A stretch of DNA of 57,648 nucleotides from Pelomyxa schiedti (taxonomy: Eukaryota > Protista > Evosea): the NCBI GenBank assembly GCA_020536535.1, contig JAHLWZ010000892.1, positions 1-57,648 on the forward strand. The letters run 5' to 3'. The notes below the pieces were generated by a model, which saw only the letters and a program-made list of their open reading frames with translations, searched no databases and had not been told where the DNA came from. Both the position numbers and the translations under genes were made by a program. Each line of letters starts with the position of its first letter. Position 1 is the stretch's first letter. Shown here piece after piece: positions 11,864 through 24,263 of this stretch.

Positions 11864-14551
11864 ATGAAGGGGGGGAAGCAGGTAGATGCAGTGCGGAAGC
11901 AACTGCAGGAGTGGAGCCAAGCAATAGTCAACTTCCGATTTTCGGCTGCCAAGCATGCCTTTCTCCTTAAGATACTTATACTGGGACTCATTTACATCCT
12001 TGGTGTGTCAGTTGTCGTTGAGGGTGTGCCCTGATTCCTGTTTAGCTTTCTCTAGCCGTCTATTTTCTGTGTTGCGATTTGAGAGTGTCATTCACGAGGT
12101 TTACCATGCGTCACTCTCCTTTTGCAACCTTACTTTCTCAGTTTGATCCTTACTTCAATTACCGCTCCACGAAATACCTTGTTTCAAACGGGTTGTATAA
12201 CTTCTTGAATTGGTTTGATGATACCACTTGGTACCCATTGGGAAGAATTGTTGGTGGAACAATTTATCCAGGTTCGTGTCACCCTGGAGTCAGATTCAAC
12301 ATACCGAATTAAGATGACCAAAATTAACTGTTGTTCCCACCAGGTCTTATGTTCACGGCAGCTTTAGTGCACAACTTTCTTCACGCATTGCATTTGCCTG
12401 TAGACATTCGCAATGTTTGTGTGTTACTTGCCCCTTGGTTCGCATCAAATACAGCCATGGTTGCCTACTTCCTTACAAAAGAAGTGTGGGATGATAAAGC
12501 AGGGTTACTTGCTGCTGTTTTTGTGGCAATTGTACCTGGTTTGTCTGATGACTGCGCCCTGTATTCATGTAATTCCAACTACAACTAGGTTATACATCAA
12601 GGTCAGTTGCTGGCTCATTTGATAACGAGGGAATTGCCATTTTTGCTCTCCTTCTCACATATCTTCTGTGGATCAAGGCTGTCAAGACAGGATCTTTGTG
12701 GTGGTCCTGTGCTTGCGCCCTTGCTTACTTCTACATGGTATTAAAATACATGTTTATTGTGTTTATAAAATTCAAATTTCTCACAGGTCAGTGCTTGGGG
12801 TGGCTATGTTTTCATCATCAATTTGATTCCACTTTATGTCTTGGTTATGCTTATTTCAGGCAGATTTTCTCTTAGACTATATGTGGCTTACAGCACTGTG
12901 TAAGAGCTTTCACCCCTAAAAACAAAAATAACCAACAAATTACAAAGGTATGTACTGGGAACCTTGCTTTCTATGCAAATCAGCTTCGTTGGGTTCCAGC
13001 CAGTGCAGTCATCTGAACACATGGCAGCTATGGGCATGTTTGGGATACTCCAACTTTATGCAGTAATCACGTGGGTACGGAGCAAGATGTCGCCTGATCA
13101 CTTCCGGTAATGATAGGCCAACATACAAAACCAACACCTTTCAGAATTTTCTTGAGAGGTCTCCTTACCTTGGCAGCTGGCCTCTTTGGCACTCTATTTG
13201 TAGTTGCTTGGATTACTGGCTGTACTTTCCTTTCATTGCGTCTTGTTTTTAATATTTGTAGATATTTCCCCATGGACTGGACGCTTTTATGCTCTACTTG
13301 ATCCCACATATGCCAAGTCACACATTCCAATTATTGCCTCAGTCTCTGAACATCAACCCACAACTTGGGCTTCTTTCTTTTTTGATATGCACATTCTTGC
13401 GTTCTTGGTCCCTGCCGGATTGTATTTCTGTTTCAAAAGACTCAATGATGCAACTATTTTCATCCTGCTTTACACACTGACATCTGTTTATTTTGCTGTA
13501 CGTTATTATTTTTATTCGAGGAATCTGATTTTCTTCAGGGTGTGATGGTCCGTCTCATTCTAGTTCTTGCACCAGTGGCCTGCATTATTGGTGCTATTGC
13601 TGCAAGTGCAACACTGACTTCATACATGCGCTATGTCAAGCCAAGCAATCGCGACTCATCAGTTTTTCCCAAAGAAATTGGATGGGGTGTGGTTGGAGCT
13701 GTAACACTTCTTCTTATCTTCTATGGGCTACACTGCACATGGGTACTACCAGCATTTTCGTTACAAAGAGTAACCTTACAATAGGTAACTGCGGAAGCTT
13801 ACTCTTCTCCTTCCATTGTGCTTGCTGCTCAGCAGCAAAATGGAAACAGAATTATTTTTGACGACTTCCGTGAGGGCTACAGGTGGTTGGCACACAACAC
13901 ACCACAACACGCTCGTGTGATGTCATGGTGGGATTATGGTTACCAGATATCTGCAATGGCTAATAGGACCGTTCTTGTTGATAATAACACTTGGAACAAC
14001 ACCCACATAGCGCAGGTTAGTTTACAGTACTGTTAGGCCAGTTCTCATTGCTATCGCAAGGTTGGTAAGGCATTCGCTTCCTCAGAGGAAAATGCATACC
14101 CAATAATGCTTTCCTTGGATGTGGACTATGTGCTTGTTATCTTTGGAGGATTAACTGGCTATGCCTCGGACGATATCAATAAATTCTTGTGGATGGTTAG
14201 AATTGCAGGTAGCTGCGACCCAAAAATAAAAGAAGCAGACTACGAAACTCTCGGGGAGTATCGTATTGACGACAAAGCATCTCCGGCAATGCTAAACAGT
14301 TTGATGTACACGCTAAGTTATTACAAGTTCGACCAGCTGCAGATCGAAGAAGGTTAGTGTTCTTGCCTGCCCATTCCCCTCAACTAAACCCTTCCTAAGC
14401 TAAACCTGCTGGGTTCGATCGTGTACGAAACGCGGAGATCGGCCGCAAGGGTATCTCACTCACCTACTTGGAAGAAGCTTTCACATCCCCACATTGGCTT
14501 GTTAGAATTTACCGTGTACTCAAACCAGGAAACCGTGCCTGGCCCTATTAA
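11864..14551 (+). CDS. STT3: Oligosaccharyltransferase catalytic subunit STT3
   Basis: [80 protein letters not shown]; the introns I checked are GT-AG. Confidence 0.98.
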
Positions 14552-14659
14552 AAAAAAAAAACAACATAAAAAATCTTTCTGTTTTGGACCAAGGAAAAGA
14601 ATAAGAGATTGGGAGATGACCCACTGTAAATGGTGGTTGTATCTTTTTTTTTGTTCTCT

Positions 14660-15926
14660 TTACTCGTCTTCTTCGGCGGTGTTGAGCCAATCAACGAAGG
14701 GCTGTGCCGCGGCACGAAGACCATCCTGGGGGAGCTGGCTGTGCCACGCGAGGATGACATCTTCCTGAACTACGTCGTTGTCATACAGCCCGGAGAGAAT
14801 GTGGTGGATAACAGGCACAAGCTGTGCGTGTTGCGTGGTGAGCTTGGTGATACCGTCAAGAAGAGCGCGTTGGGCAGCAGAGTTGGCTGAGACAAGGGGT
14901 AGAAGAGCAGGGCAGCGCTGGATAACAGTGGCACGCATGTCGGCACCAAAGAGGAGAGGAACAGCGAGGGTTATAATCTCTGCGTTAGTGGCACCCAAGG
15001 TTCGGGCTGCTTCTGCGAGGGCGGTTCCTGTGGTAGCAGCAGGTGTCCTACCTGCTACAAGACCCTCAACAGCAGACGCCACAGCTTCCTGTTTCTTCTC
15101 TTCAGAGGCAACAGTAGTTGTGATTTTCACAAGATCCATTGCCTTAGTGTTAGTTCCTATTAGTTCAGCTCTACGAGCTTCCACAGACGCCTGCGACGTA
15201 TCAGACCAGTCAAGCAGTGAGGTAGCTTCTGTAGGAAGTTCACTTGGCTGCTCAGTCACAGCAACAGTAGGTGCGGCTACATGGGCGCTCTTGCCACCTT
15301 TCTCTCTAAATCGAGTAAGATAAAATCTTTTCGAAAAAGGAGTTACGATGTTCGACTTGCGGTTTCCGTTTTTGCGCCAGATGGGGGGTTCTTTAGCATA
15401 AAGGTGCCAATTTTGTCTGGGATTATGTTAGTATTTATGAATGATTTGGACTGTCGAACCTGCAGCACTAACTTGTTGAGCATTACCGCAGGCAGCACAT
15501 CTCATGGAGATGGTGCCCCTTGAGAAAACCATGTTCGTTTCTGGAAGCTCGCACTTATTGCACAGAACGTACTTCTTGATGAAAGAGTCCAAGACTGCAT
15601 CGAGTTTGTGCTTATCGTGGTTTCCGTTCACGATGTAGCGGTCAGCGTCTTCTTTTATGGTGGTCAAAGCACCCAGTTCGAATCCGAAGTACTTAGTGAC
15701 ATAAGACGGAGGTCTGTGAAGAGCCCTGGAAATGTCGGACATGTTGACAATAACTGTCTTGATACCATTGCCTCGTCCTTCAACCTAACGTTAAAAATTA
15801 GTTTTCAGTTGCGAGGAAACAAGACACAATGGTACGTACTTTAGCAACCAAGTCTGGCATTTTGTACCGGTAGAACTCGTCGGTCACACTGCGAGGGATA
15901 TTCACCTTCCTCTCTTTGTTAGCCAT
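14660..15926 (-). CDS. EIF5: Translation initiation factor eIF5
   Basis: [59 protein letters not shown]...CAACG zinc ribbon; W2 C-terminus [15 protein letters not shown]. Confidence 0.95.
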
Positions 15927-16146
15927 TTCAACAGAGTCAGTTCCAGTGTTGTATTATCACAGGCAGATCTCGCCCCTATTTTTTCTTGCTTGCTGGTGCG
16001 GTAGCGTGTCGTTGTGTATTGGGTTTTTATTTTATTTTATCAAATTTCCTTCTTTCTTTCTGCAACTGTGATTTAGAATTTTAGGTTTGCGGAAAGGCCG
16101 TAACATCGATCAGACCGACCATCTCATCAGAAGCACCACTACACCC

Positions 16147-19100
16147 ATGAGTCTGTTTTCGATTACGTGCGTTGGGTGCATGAGGCCTTTGTGTGACTCT
16201 ATCTCGTTGTGTTGTGGCCACAACGTGTGCCGGTCGTGTGTGGCTGCGAGTGCCTCGGCGGCGCACATTATGGGAATGTCAAAACCCTCCCCTGACAGGG
16301 TACTTTTCACCTTTTATTTGCTGTGTGGTTAATTTGCCTCAGTCTCCTGAAAAAGTTACAGTTTCTGTGCAGTGCCCTTTGAACTGTACTATTACCTCAA
16401 ATGTGACATGGAGTAATGAAATTCTCTTCTTATTGTTCTTAAATACTTTTGTTTTAATGTGAGTTCTAGGTGGCTCACCCAGTGCACTGGAGGGTGAAAT
16501 TTCTGAGAACCAGACTCTCAACACTTTTGTCAATAAGCAACTGTCAGAAATGGTGCTTCCTTCTAATCTTAGAGCAAGTAAATTGCACCAATGTCAACTG
16601 AAAAAAAGGCACAATCCATTTTGTGTGCTTGTAGAATCAAGTGCAGAAAACATCCTGCTCAAGCAACAACTGAATGTACTGATTGCCATGATATGCTATT
16701 TTGCGGTGCATGCTTTCAGCAGCAACATGATGACCTTCCTAAAATGCACCAGGTATCCCAGTGTCAAACACAAGTCTGGAATACCCTTATTGTAGAGTTC
16801 CCCTCTGGATACACACAAAGAAATTCTGTTTTCTGCAGCACCATATTGTGCACAACATCCAAAGGTGGAGTCCTCATTATACTGTAAAGACTGTGAAACA
16901 GCAGTTTGCCCCACATGTAAATTCTGTATACACCAAGAGCACACATGTGTATCACTGAAAGATCTTCTTAGAGACACTGAAGAAGAGATTTCTCGTATTT
17001 TTTCCTGCCATTTGGGATTGAATTAATGGCAGTGAAGAATACATTTTCCGATTCAAATCAATCATGAAACTAGAAGCAAATGCTTTGACAACTGTGGACC
17101 TTCAAAAAATGAGAATAATTAAGGTTTTTTCTTTATAAAATTGTCACAGGCAAGTCAACAAGTTGTGCAGGCAATTGATGCTGGCACAAGAGTTTTACGT
17201 CATTCTTTGGAAGAAATGAAAACCCTAATTGAGGAGCGTATCTCATGGATAAATGCACATGGTGAAGAACTCAAGCGCACTGCAGGTTGCTTTTACATTC
17301 AAGCCACTCTAGCTCACTTCTTTTGTAAAAAAAAAAAGTGTCCAGGCTAAATTTACAACACCACTCAATTGAACAAGTTTTAAACAAGCAACAAACTGTG
17401 GCTTCTCTTGCCTCTAAAAGCCTCAAATCTAAAAATCCTACAGCAAGACGAGACACCCAAAAAAAACTAGAGACAGTGTTCTCTGTGTGTATGATACTAA
17501 CTTACCAATCAGCTGATTGAAATAAAAGGAATCACTTCTGTTAAAGAAGCACCTAGAACCTTGTGAGAAGTCCAGCAACATTTCCATCAACGCAGATGAC
17601 ACAAATGCTATTAAATATTTTATTTCTCATTTTGGCTCCATTCAGCTGAATAGCACACCGATTGTCAAAGCCTCTCCAGTTGAACCTGTATCATCGCAGT
17701 TGAGTACTGCTTCTTGTCTGGGTGGCTTTTTCTCATTTAGTTCTTACTCTATTCCCAGTTCAAATACAGGTACCTGTGACACAAATAAGCTTTCAAATGC
17801 AACAACGAGTGTGCCAGCTGTGCCATCAGCTGTTCAAACTACTCATATCCCTGACACTTCACAAGCTGTCCGTGATAAGCTCGCATGTGATACCAGCTCA
17901 AGAGATATCCCAGCTCTACACTTGTGCAAAATAACAGGTCTGACGATCAAATTCATCTGCCCCGATAATGGAAAAAAGCGAGTACATTTGCTGGTATAGG
18001 TACCCAAGGATTTTTAGATGGAAGTGCTCAAGCAGCCCAATTCAAGTTTCCTTGCAACCTAGTGATAGACTCTCAGAGAAGTTTAATAGTGGCAGACCAA
18101 AATAATCACCGTATTAGGAAGATATCGCCTGAAGGAATGGAGGCTCTTCTTTCCCAATAGCACTTACATAAATACAGGCATTGTTACTACTCTAGCCGGG
18201 TATGGAACACCTGGTTATCGAGACGGGGATTGTAATTCTGCACAATTTTCTTATCCCTATGGCGTTGCTATGGATGCGCAGGGCAACATAATCGTTGGGG
18301 ACCAGTGTAATCACAGAATAAGAAAGATCACCAAGGAAGGTTTCTTCATTTCAAGAAATAACCCTGGAGATAATTAAGCGTAGGGGTGACAACTGTATCA
18401 GGAAGTTCTACAGGCTTTGTAGATGGTAATGCAGTTTCCGCATTATTCCGTAATCCCGTTGGAATTGCACTAGGAAGATCCGGAGAGATATGGGTAGCCG
18501 ATTTTGGAAACCACAGGATACGCAAAATCAGTGCTACTGGTGATTGCCCCCGCTACATTAGTTAATGTACTCAAGTAAATACAGGCCTAGTCAGCACAGT
18601 GGTCGGAACTGGCTCCGCAGGTTACACAGATGGACTGGCTACCCAAGCGCAACTTTATCGACCTCTTGCCATCTGTGTAGATAACGATGGCAACTTGTTA
18701 GTTGGACATGCTGGCTGTATTAGGAAGATTTCTTCTGATGGTAAGAATTTTCACCTGAACCCATGACTTTGCATTGAATATTCTAGGAGTGGTAACTACT
18801 ATTGCTGGTACTTCCTCACTGGGATTTAGTGACGGAGATGGACCGGCAGCCCAATTTGGCAGTTTCATTTCCAGTATTACAGTTGATAGGCAAAATAACT
18901 TGATAGTTACTGACCGAGATAACCACGCCTTACGCTTAGTAACACCCCAAGGTACCCCTTTCCAGCTTCTACTTTGCTTTTCTTATCCATAACTACAGGG
19001 TCTGTCAAAACCATTTATGGGCGGAGGCCTGGTTCCACAAAGGATGATGAAGAATCCCAGTTCTCTCCTGGAGGTGCCGCCATCGACCCCGTAACTGGTG

Positions 19101-19162
19101 ACATGTTTGTCACAGACTCTAACCACCACACAATAAAGAGACTCCACTTTTCTTTACCATGA
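16147..19162 (+). CDS. TRIM-NHL-like protein (RING, two B-boxes, coiled coil, NHL beta-propeller)
   Basis: RING CVGC...CGHNVCRSC; B-boxes CTDCHDMLFCGACFQQQH and CAQH...YCKDCETAVCPTC...HQEH; repeats DG....AQF..P.....D..GN..V.D..NHRIRKI. Confidence 0.85.
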
Positions 19163-19280
19163 CACCGATGTATGAAGTCCTTTTAGAAAAATTTTACACC
19201 GATTTCCTTTTCCTTTCTTTTGTTGGTTCTGCCCTCTGGGTAAGAACCAAAATAAAATAGGTACAAGTAGAAGTGTTATT

Positions 19281-22200
19281 TTACATAGAGTACAGGTCGG
19301 ATTGTTTTGACAGATGAATGTACACGGGAGCAGAGAATGTAGTTCCAAAGGTGAGTTGAAGGCAATCTTCATTGAAATTCTGTAACTGTATACCAACACT
19401 TCCAAGAACTTTTTGAGCAAAAACCAAATATCTGTGTGAAAAAGAGCAATTATAATCTGGATTTAAAAATGGACAAATACCCTGGGTCTCGCAAGAGGTG
19501 AGTCCAAGAGACATTAGGTCCTTGGTAAGGAATTTGTAGTGGAGGTCTTGTGATAGAATCTGCCAGAAATGAGAGGGGAACTTAGTTATCATTTTCAAAA
19601 AAGTACCTCCAACGACTGCAGGAGAAAAAGGAACAGAACCGCATATCAACAAAATTTCACTCAGCCAATGAATTATTGGTTGTTCCTTGCGAGTATCCTG
19701 GAAAACTGCAGTTTCAACTCGCAGTGCTTCCATCAGTCTTTTCTCAATTACTTTTCAAAGGGTCATTGTTTTGTAGGACTTGCATTAATTATTTATTTTT
19801 ACTGGATGAGCGAGATACGATTAAGGGGAACAACAACGCCATTTTCATCTTTGATATCCCACTGCAACTGTTGATTGTAGAGAAGGGCTTGCTGAAATTG
19901 AATCAGTCTATGGTTTTGGCAATTCGTATTAGAGTACTATGAGAAGTCTAGAAATACCTGAATTTCGAGTCTTCAGCAAGCAAATCTACGTCAATAAACT
20001 CTTGTACGAATGCTAACTTCGCAGGAAGTGACGAAACATTTGCTTGAATCAAGACCCAGGTGAGAATGGATACAGTGTCGTCCATCCCGCTATGTGTGAT
20101 TAATGAACGTGATCAGTTGAAGTACCCATACAGGTCAATGCGTGGTGGAGATTTTGGTTGAGTTCTATTATAAAACTGGTTTATGTCGTGTGTAATAGCT
20201 GCAGATATCCCGTTAATGCATTCCAAAATACGCTGTATGGAATTGCACTTCAACAAAGCACGGGTGCGTGCTACTGCACTATGGTATGGGAGTTCTGGTG
20301 ACATTTAAATGAAACTGAAAGTTAGGAATAAATGCAGAAGGAATGCAATAACCAAAAAAAGGGGAATGCACCTGGGGAATTGGGTTGAAGTGGTACTGAA
20401 ACAGGGGTACGACGAAGAAGCGACCCCAGACGAAGGTTCTTTTGAGCAGGCAGCTTCGGAGCGGGTTTGTTGGGGGGAGCGAGGCAGGTTGAATGAGGGA
20501 GAACTAGATTTTGCAGCATTCCACAAGGATGCCTTTGCTTTGATTTTGGGCACCACTTGGGAAGTGCAACTCCACGCACGCACTTGGAAATACCCAAGGG
20601 GTCTTCGGTGCCTTCTGTTGGTTCAGTCACACACTCTACCACCAACTCAGTGGGAGCAGTCTCTGAAGTGACAATAATTGCTGGAAGTATTTGAGTGGAA
20701 GAGCGGTCCCCACTAGAATGCGGCGTAGGGAGCAGAGATTCAGCAGACGAATCAGGGGAAAGGCACGCAACCAAGTTAGCTTGTGTGGGTGGAGATTCTT
20801 GTTGTGCAGTTGGTAAAGTGTTTATTTTCCCCGAGCCAGGTGCTACATTTGCTCCTTCCTGAAAAAAAAAACTCACATCAAGTTTTTGCTGCTGAAAAAA
20901 TACCGTTAGCCACAGCTTTTTATGCACTCCAAGTTCCTGCAGTGTTTTCAGTCTCAAAGAATTCAGGTTGGCTGACAATTTTTGACTAAGACTCTTGAAC
21001 TGTTGCTGTGTGAGATAGAGCTAAGATGGAATGGAACAACAGCTCGCTGATACAGGGACCACAGCTCGTTATGTACATTTCCAATAATGATTGTTTTTGC
21101 AAAGTACAACCATTCCTGCCTTGTATGAATAGGGGGTTTTCCGTACATGCTTTCTGTGCAGGCCACAATCTGTTCTGCAGGTTTTTTTCAGAATAAGAAT
21201 GTATGTTGGTTGTCAACTACCAGCAAAAGCGTGAATATCATCAACTGCATCAGCTAGAAGGCTGGTTTCGGTTTTTCGTGGACACCCATCTATCTGATAC
21301 ATGACCTTGAATATATGATTGAAAGTAAAAATAGCGCGACCAAGTTCATGTGTCATGTCACTAGTAATTTTGTTCAGAGGAAAGCAAGAAAGGTATGAGC
21401 AACTTGAGAAGAATACAAAAGATTCGGGTATTTAGTTGTTTTTCTGAAAATTTACAGTGGAGTTGTTCAATCAATTTGGGGGGCTACAGGAGGTTAGTCC
21501 GTGGCAGAACAATCAGTATTAGAGACTATACTTTGAGTATTTCTTCGGGTGGGTAATTTGAAATAGCCCAGGTTTTTTCTTCAGGAATTGCAGGTAATAA
21601 AAATCGCCACTTGGGGGCACATGATGGTGCCGGTATATGTGCATTGATATCAAGCTTACATAACTCTTTAAGTTTCCTCTTTTTCATGTGGCTTTGTGGA
21701 CAACGTTGTTGAGTTCTTGTTTTAATTATGGGTAATTACTTGAAAGTAGGGGCATGTCCTTTTTCTAGGGTGGCATTTGAGACTTGCTGGCCGTCAAAGG
21801 AAGGCCCAGATAGTGAGTCACCATTATTGAAATGAAACGCTGTGAAATTGTTCCCAGAGATGAAAGGATGAGAATGGCGTACTTCCTTGTCCTTTGGGCT
21901 TTCCATGAGCGAATATACCCACATATGTTGTGCCATCAGGGTAGATCTGAACACCAAAACCGGATTTCTTTGGGGAAAGTGAGTAAATGGGGTAAGGAGG
22001 TAAAGTACTTCGTCGTCTTTCCAATGACCATAGTATTGTCCTTCAGTAGGAGAACATTCTACACCAAATCCAGTTCTCTTTCAACTGTGAGAAGAGGTGT
22101 GTAAACCCCAATAAATTTACCTTGTCATTCAACCGTCTACCAGCAAATAATATAGTTTCTTGTACCTGTTGTATATTCAACTCGCCCTGTGGTAGAGTTT

Positions 22201-24009
22201 AGATCGAAAAAGTTAATGCAAAATAACACACTAATCCATTTTTGGCCTTGTTGACCACTTCACTAACAAAAGATCCATTTGTTTCAGGCAGGGCACTTTG
22301 AAGCGGTGGTACTATGGACCAAATAGATATAAAATGAGGGAGGTTACATGACCAAAGAACGGGCAGAGTATTGCACACAACTAAGTGCTTCGTACAGCCC
22401 GAGTTTTGTTTGTTTTCCATCATGCAATGGTATGTCTATGTTCCATATTAGCGTACTTATTCTCTCATTTCCCTGTGCATCATTACACACATCTGCATTC
22501 CAGATACAGAAGACACCATCGGAATACGCCGCCCAAATGGATGGTGGAAAAGTCGGAATGTTGCTAATATTACATAACAGCGTAACTTGATTGTTTTTAT
22601 GAATTGGATCAATTTTCCATAAGAGTGACACAGACTGTTAACCCTCAGAATGAATGAAGGCAGTAAAAGAGATTGTACCTTTGCGTCCCAGATGTAAATA
22701 TAACCAAAGGAATCACCTATCCACGCGTGATGGTCATGGAGGCACATGCATGTGATAATTCTTTCATGCTTATCGCCAGCCGGGAGTTTAACGCTCTGAA
22801 AAGATTGTTCTTCTAGCTGCATTTAATGATAAGCAAAAGCACAAACAGAACTGAAGTGGGTACCGGAGGAAACTCTGGTACTGTGAGAATTTGTATATGT
22901 GATCCAGAGGAAAGCCAAATACAATTTGGAGACACTAAAATTGCTTTATCGATTTGGTCATGCACAGAATACTTTCCGCAAATGTTGCCCTGAAAAATTT
23001 CAGAAAAGGAAAGAATGACCTTGTAAACAACCAACGTGTCCCACACAACTAAGTCACAAGCTGAGCATCCCCAAACAAAATGATCCTTGGAAACAAGTGT
23101 TGATACAACTTGATGAGGGGGACTGTTGACTTTCCTCACGCAAGTGAAGCTCTGTTCAGGTAAGATAGAGAACACTGGAAATTGTTAAGAACCTGCGCAT
23201 CCCAAATCTTACATTCTCCACTGGTGGAAACAGACCAGACAGAGTCATTGGATGATGACTCGATAAACCTCTTTACTGCTACGAGGGATGTTATTTTTGA
23301 AGTATGGGCTAAGAAGTCAGCTCTAGCTTTTTGAGTCTACGTTGGGTTTTAAGTTTGCACACTTAGAAAAGAATAGCAATATACCTTGTCCGGGAAAATG
23401 CGCCACACAGAAATTAAACCATACTCATCTGCAAGCCAAATGTGTTCCTGAATTGCCAAAGTGCATGTTATCTGTGTGCTTAGGGTTAAACGAAACAACA
23501 AATAAATAACCTTGAAAGAAAAAAAACAAAAAAAAAAAAAAAAAAAAAAAACCCTAAAAAAAAAAAAAACAAAAAAAAAAAAAAAAAAAAAATACAAGGT
23601 ATGTCGAAGCCTTGAGTTCAGCACATAGTAACAACGCCCCGTGCACCATTTGGGAAACCACCAGCGAAGAATTGAACCTCTCGCAAGGAGGAGAAAACAC
23701 CCGAGACAGAGCGTGCGACAGCTGGGGGATGGTCACCCCAGCCATGCCTATCGCGTCCCAGAGGTTGCGGTTGAGTTGGTGCACCGGCCCCACCCCGTAC
23801 GCCGAGCGCCTGAACTGGTTCGCGATCGGGGTTCTGGTGAGCCGAGACTGCGTATTGGGCATGACGGGAGGCGGGGGCGGCGGCGGGGGGCGGCCCTTGA
23901 GTGGGGGCGAGGTGGGTGGGCTGAGGCTCGCCATTCCCCGCGGCGGGTCGCCGACGACGAGGGGATTGGTCTTTGGTGGGGACGAAGACAGAGACCTGCC
24001 TGAGGCCAT
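19281..24009 (-). CDS. VPS9-domain Rab5-family GEF with N-terminal WD-like propeller and MORN repeats (ALS2-like C-terminal half)
   Basis: ITCMCLH..HAWIGDSFGYIYIWD repeats; MORN GVQIYPDGTTYVGIFAHGKPKGQG; VPS9 GMDDTVSILTWVLIQANV...LAFVQEF; Pro-rich N-terminus. Confidence 0.75.
23514..23592. repeat. Interrupted poly(A)/poly(T) tract inside the first intron of the VPS9 gene
   Basis: Directly visible A-runs. Confidence 0.9.
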
Positions 24010-24263
24010 CCTTCGAGCACTCGAATCAACTTGCTTGTCCCTTCGGCCACAACCGGTTGATTCAGCAAGAAGAACTGATTTTCCGTGAAGTCTGAGCTGT
24101 GCAAAAACCTGAAAACCCAATGTGTGTGATCGTTTGAGAACTCGACGGCCCACGAACTAAAACAGGGAGGGATTCCTTGAGGGAGGAACAGGGTGAGGTG
24201 GGACAGAGGGAAAAAACCAGTGTGTTGAGGAGAGATAAGATAAGAATACACGGTGTATTTTTA

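Noticed and set aside
16609-16634. Possible 26-nt GC-AG intron in the TRIM gene
   Set aside because: A canonical ~56-nt GT-AG intron just upstream restores the B-box frame
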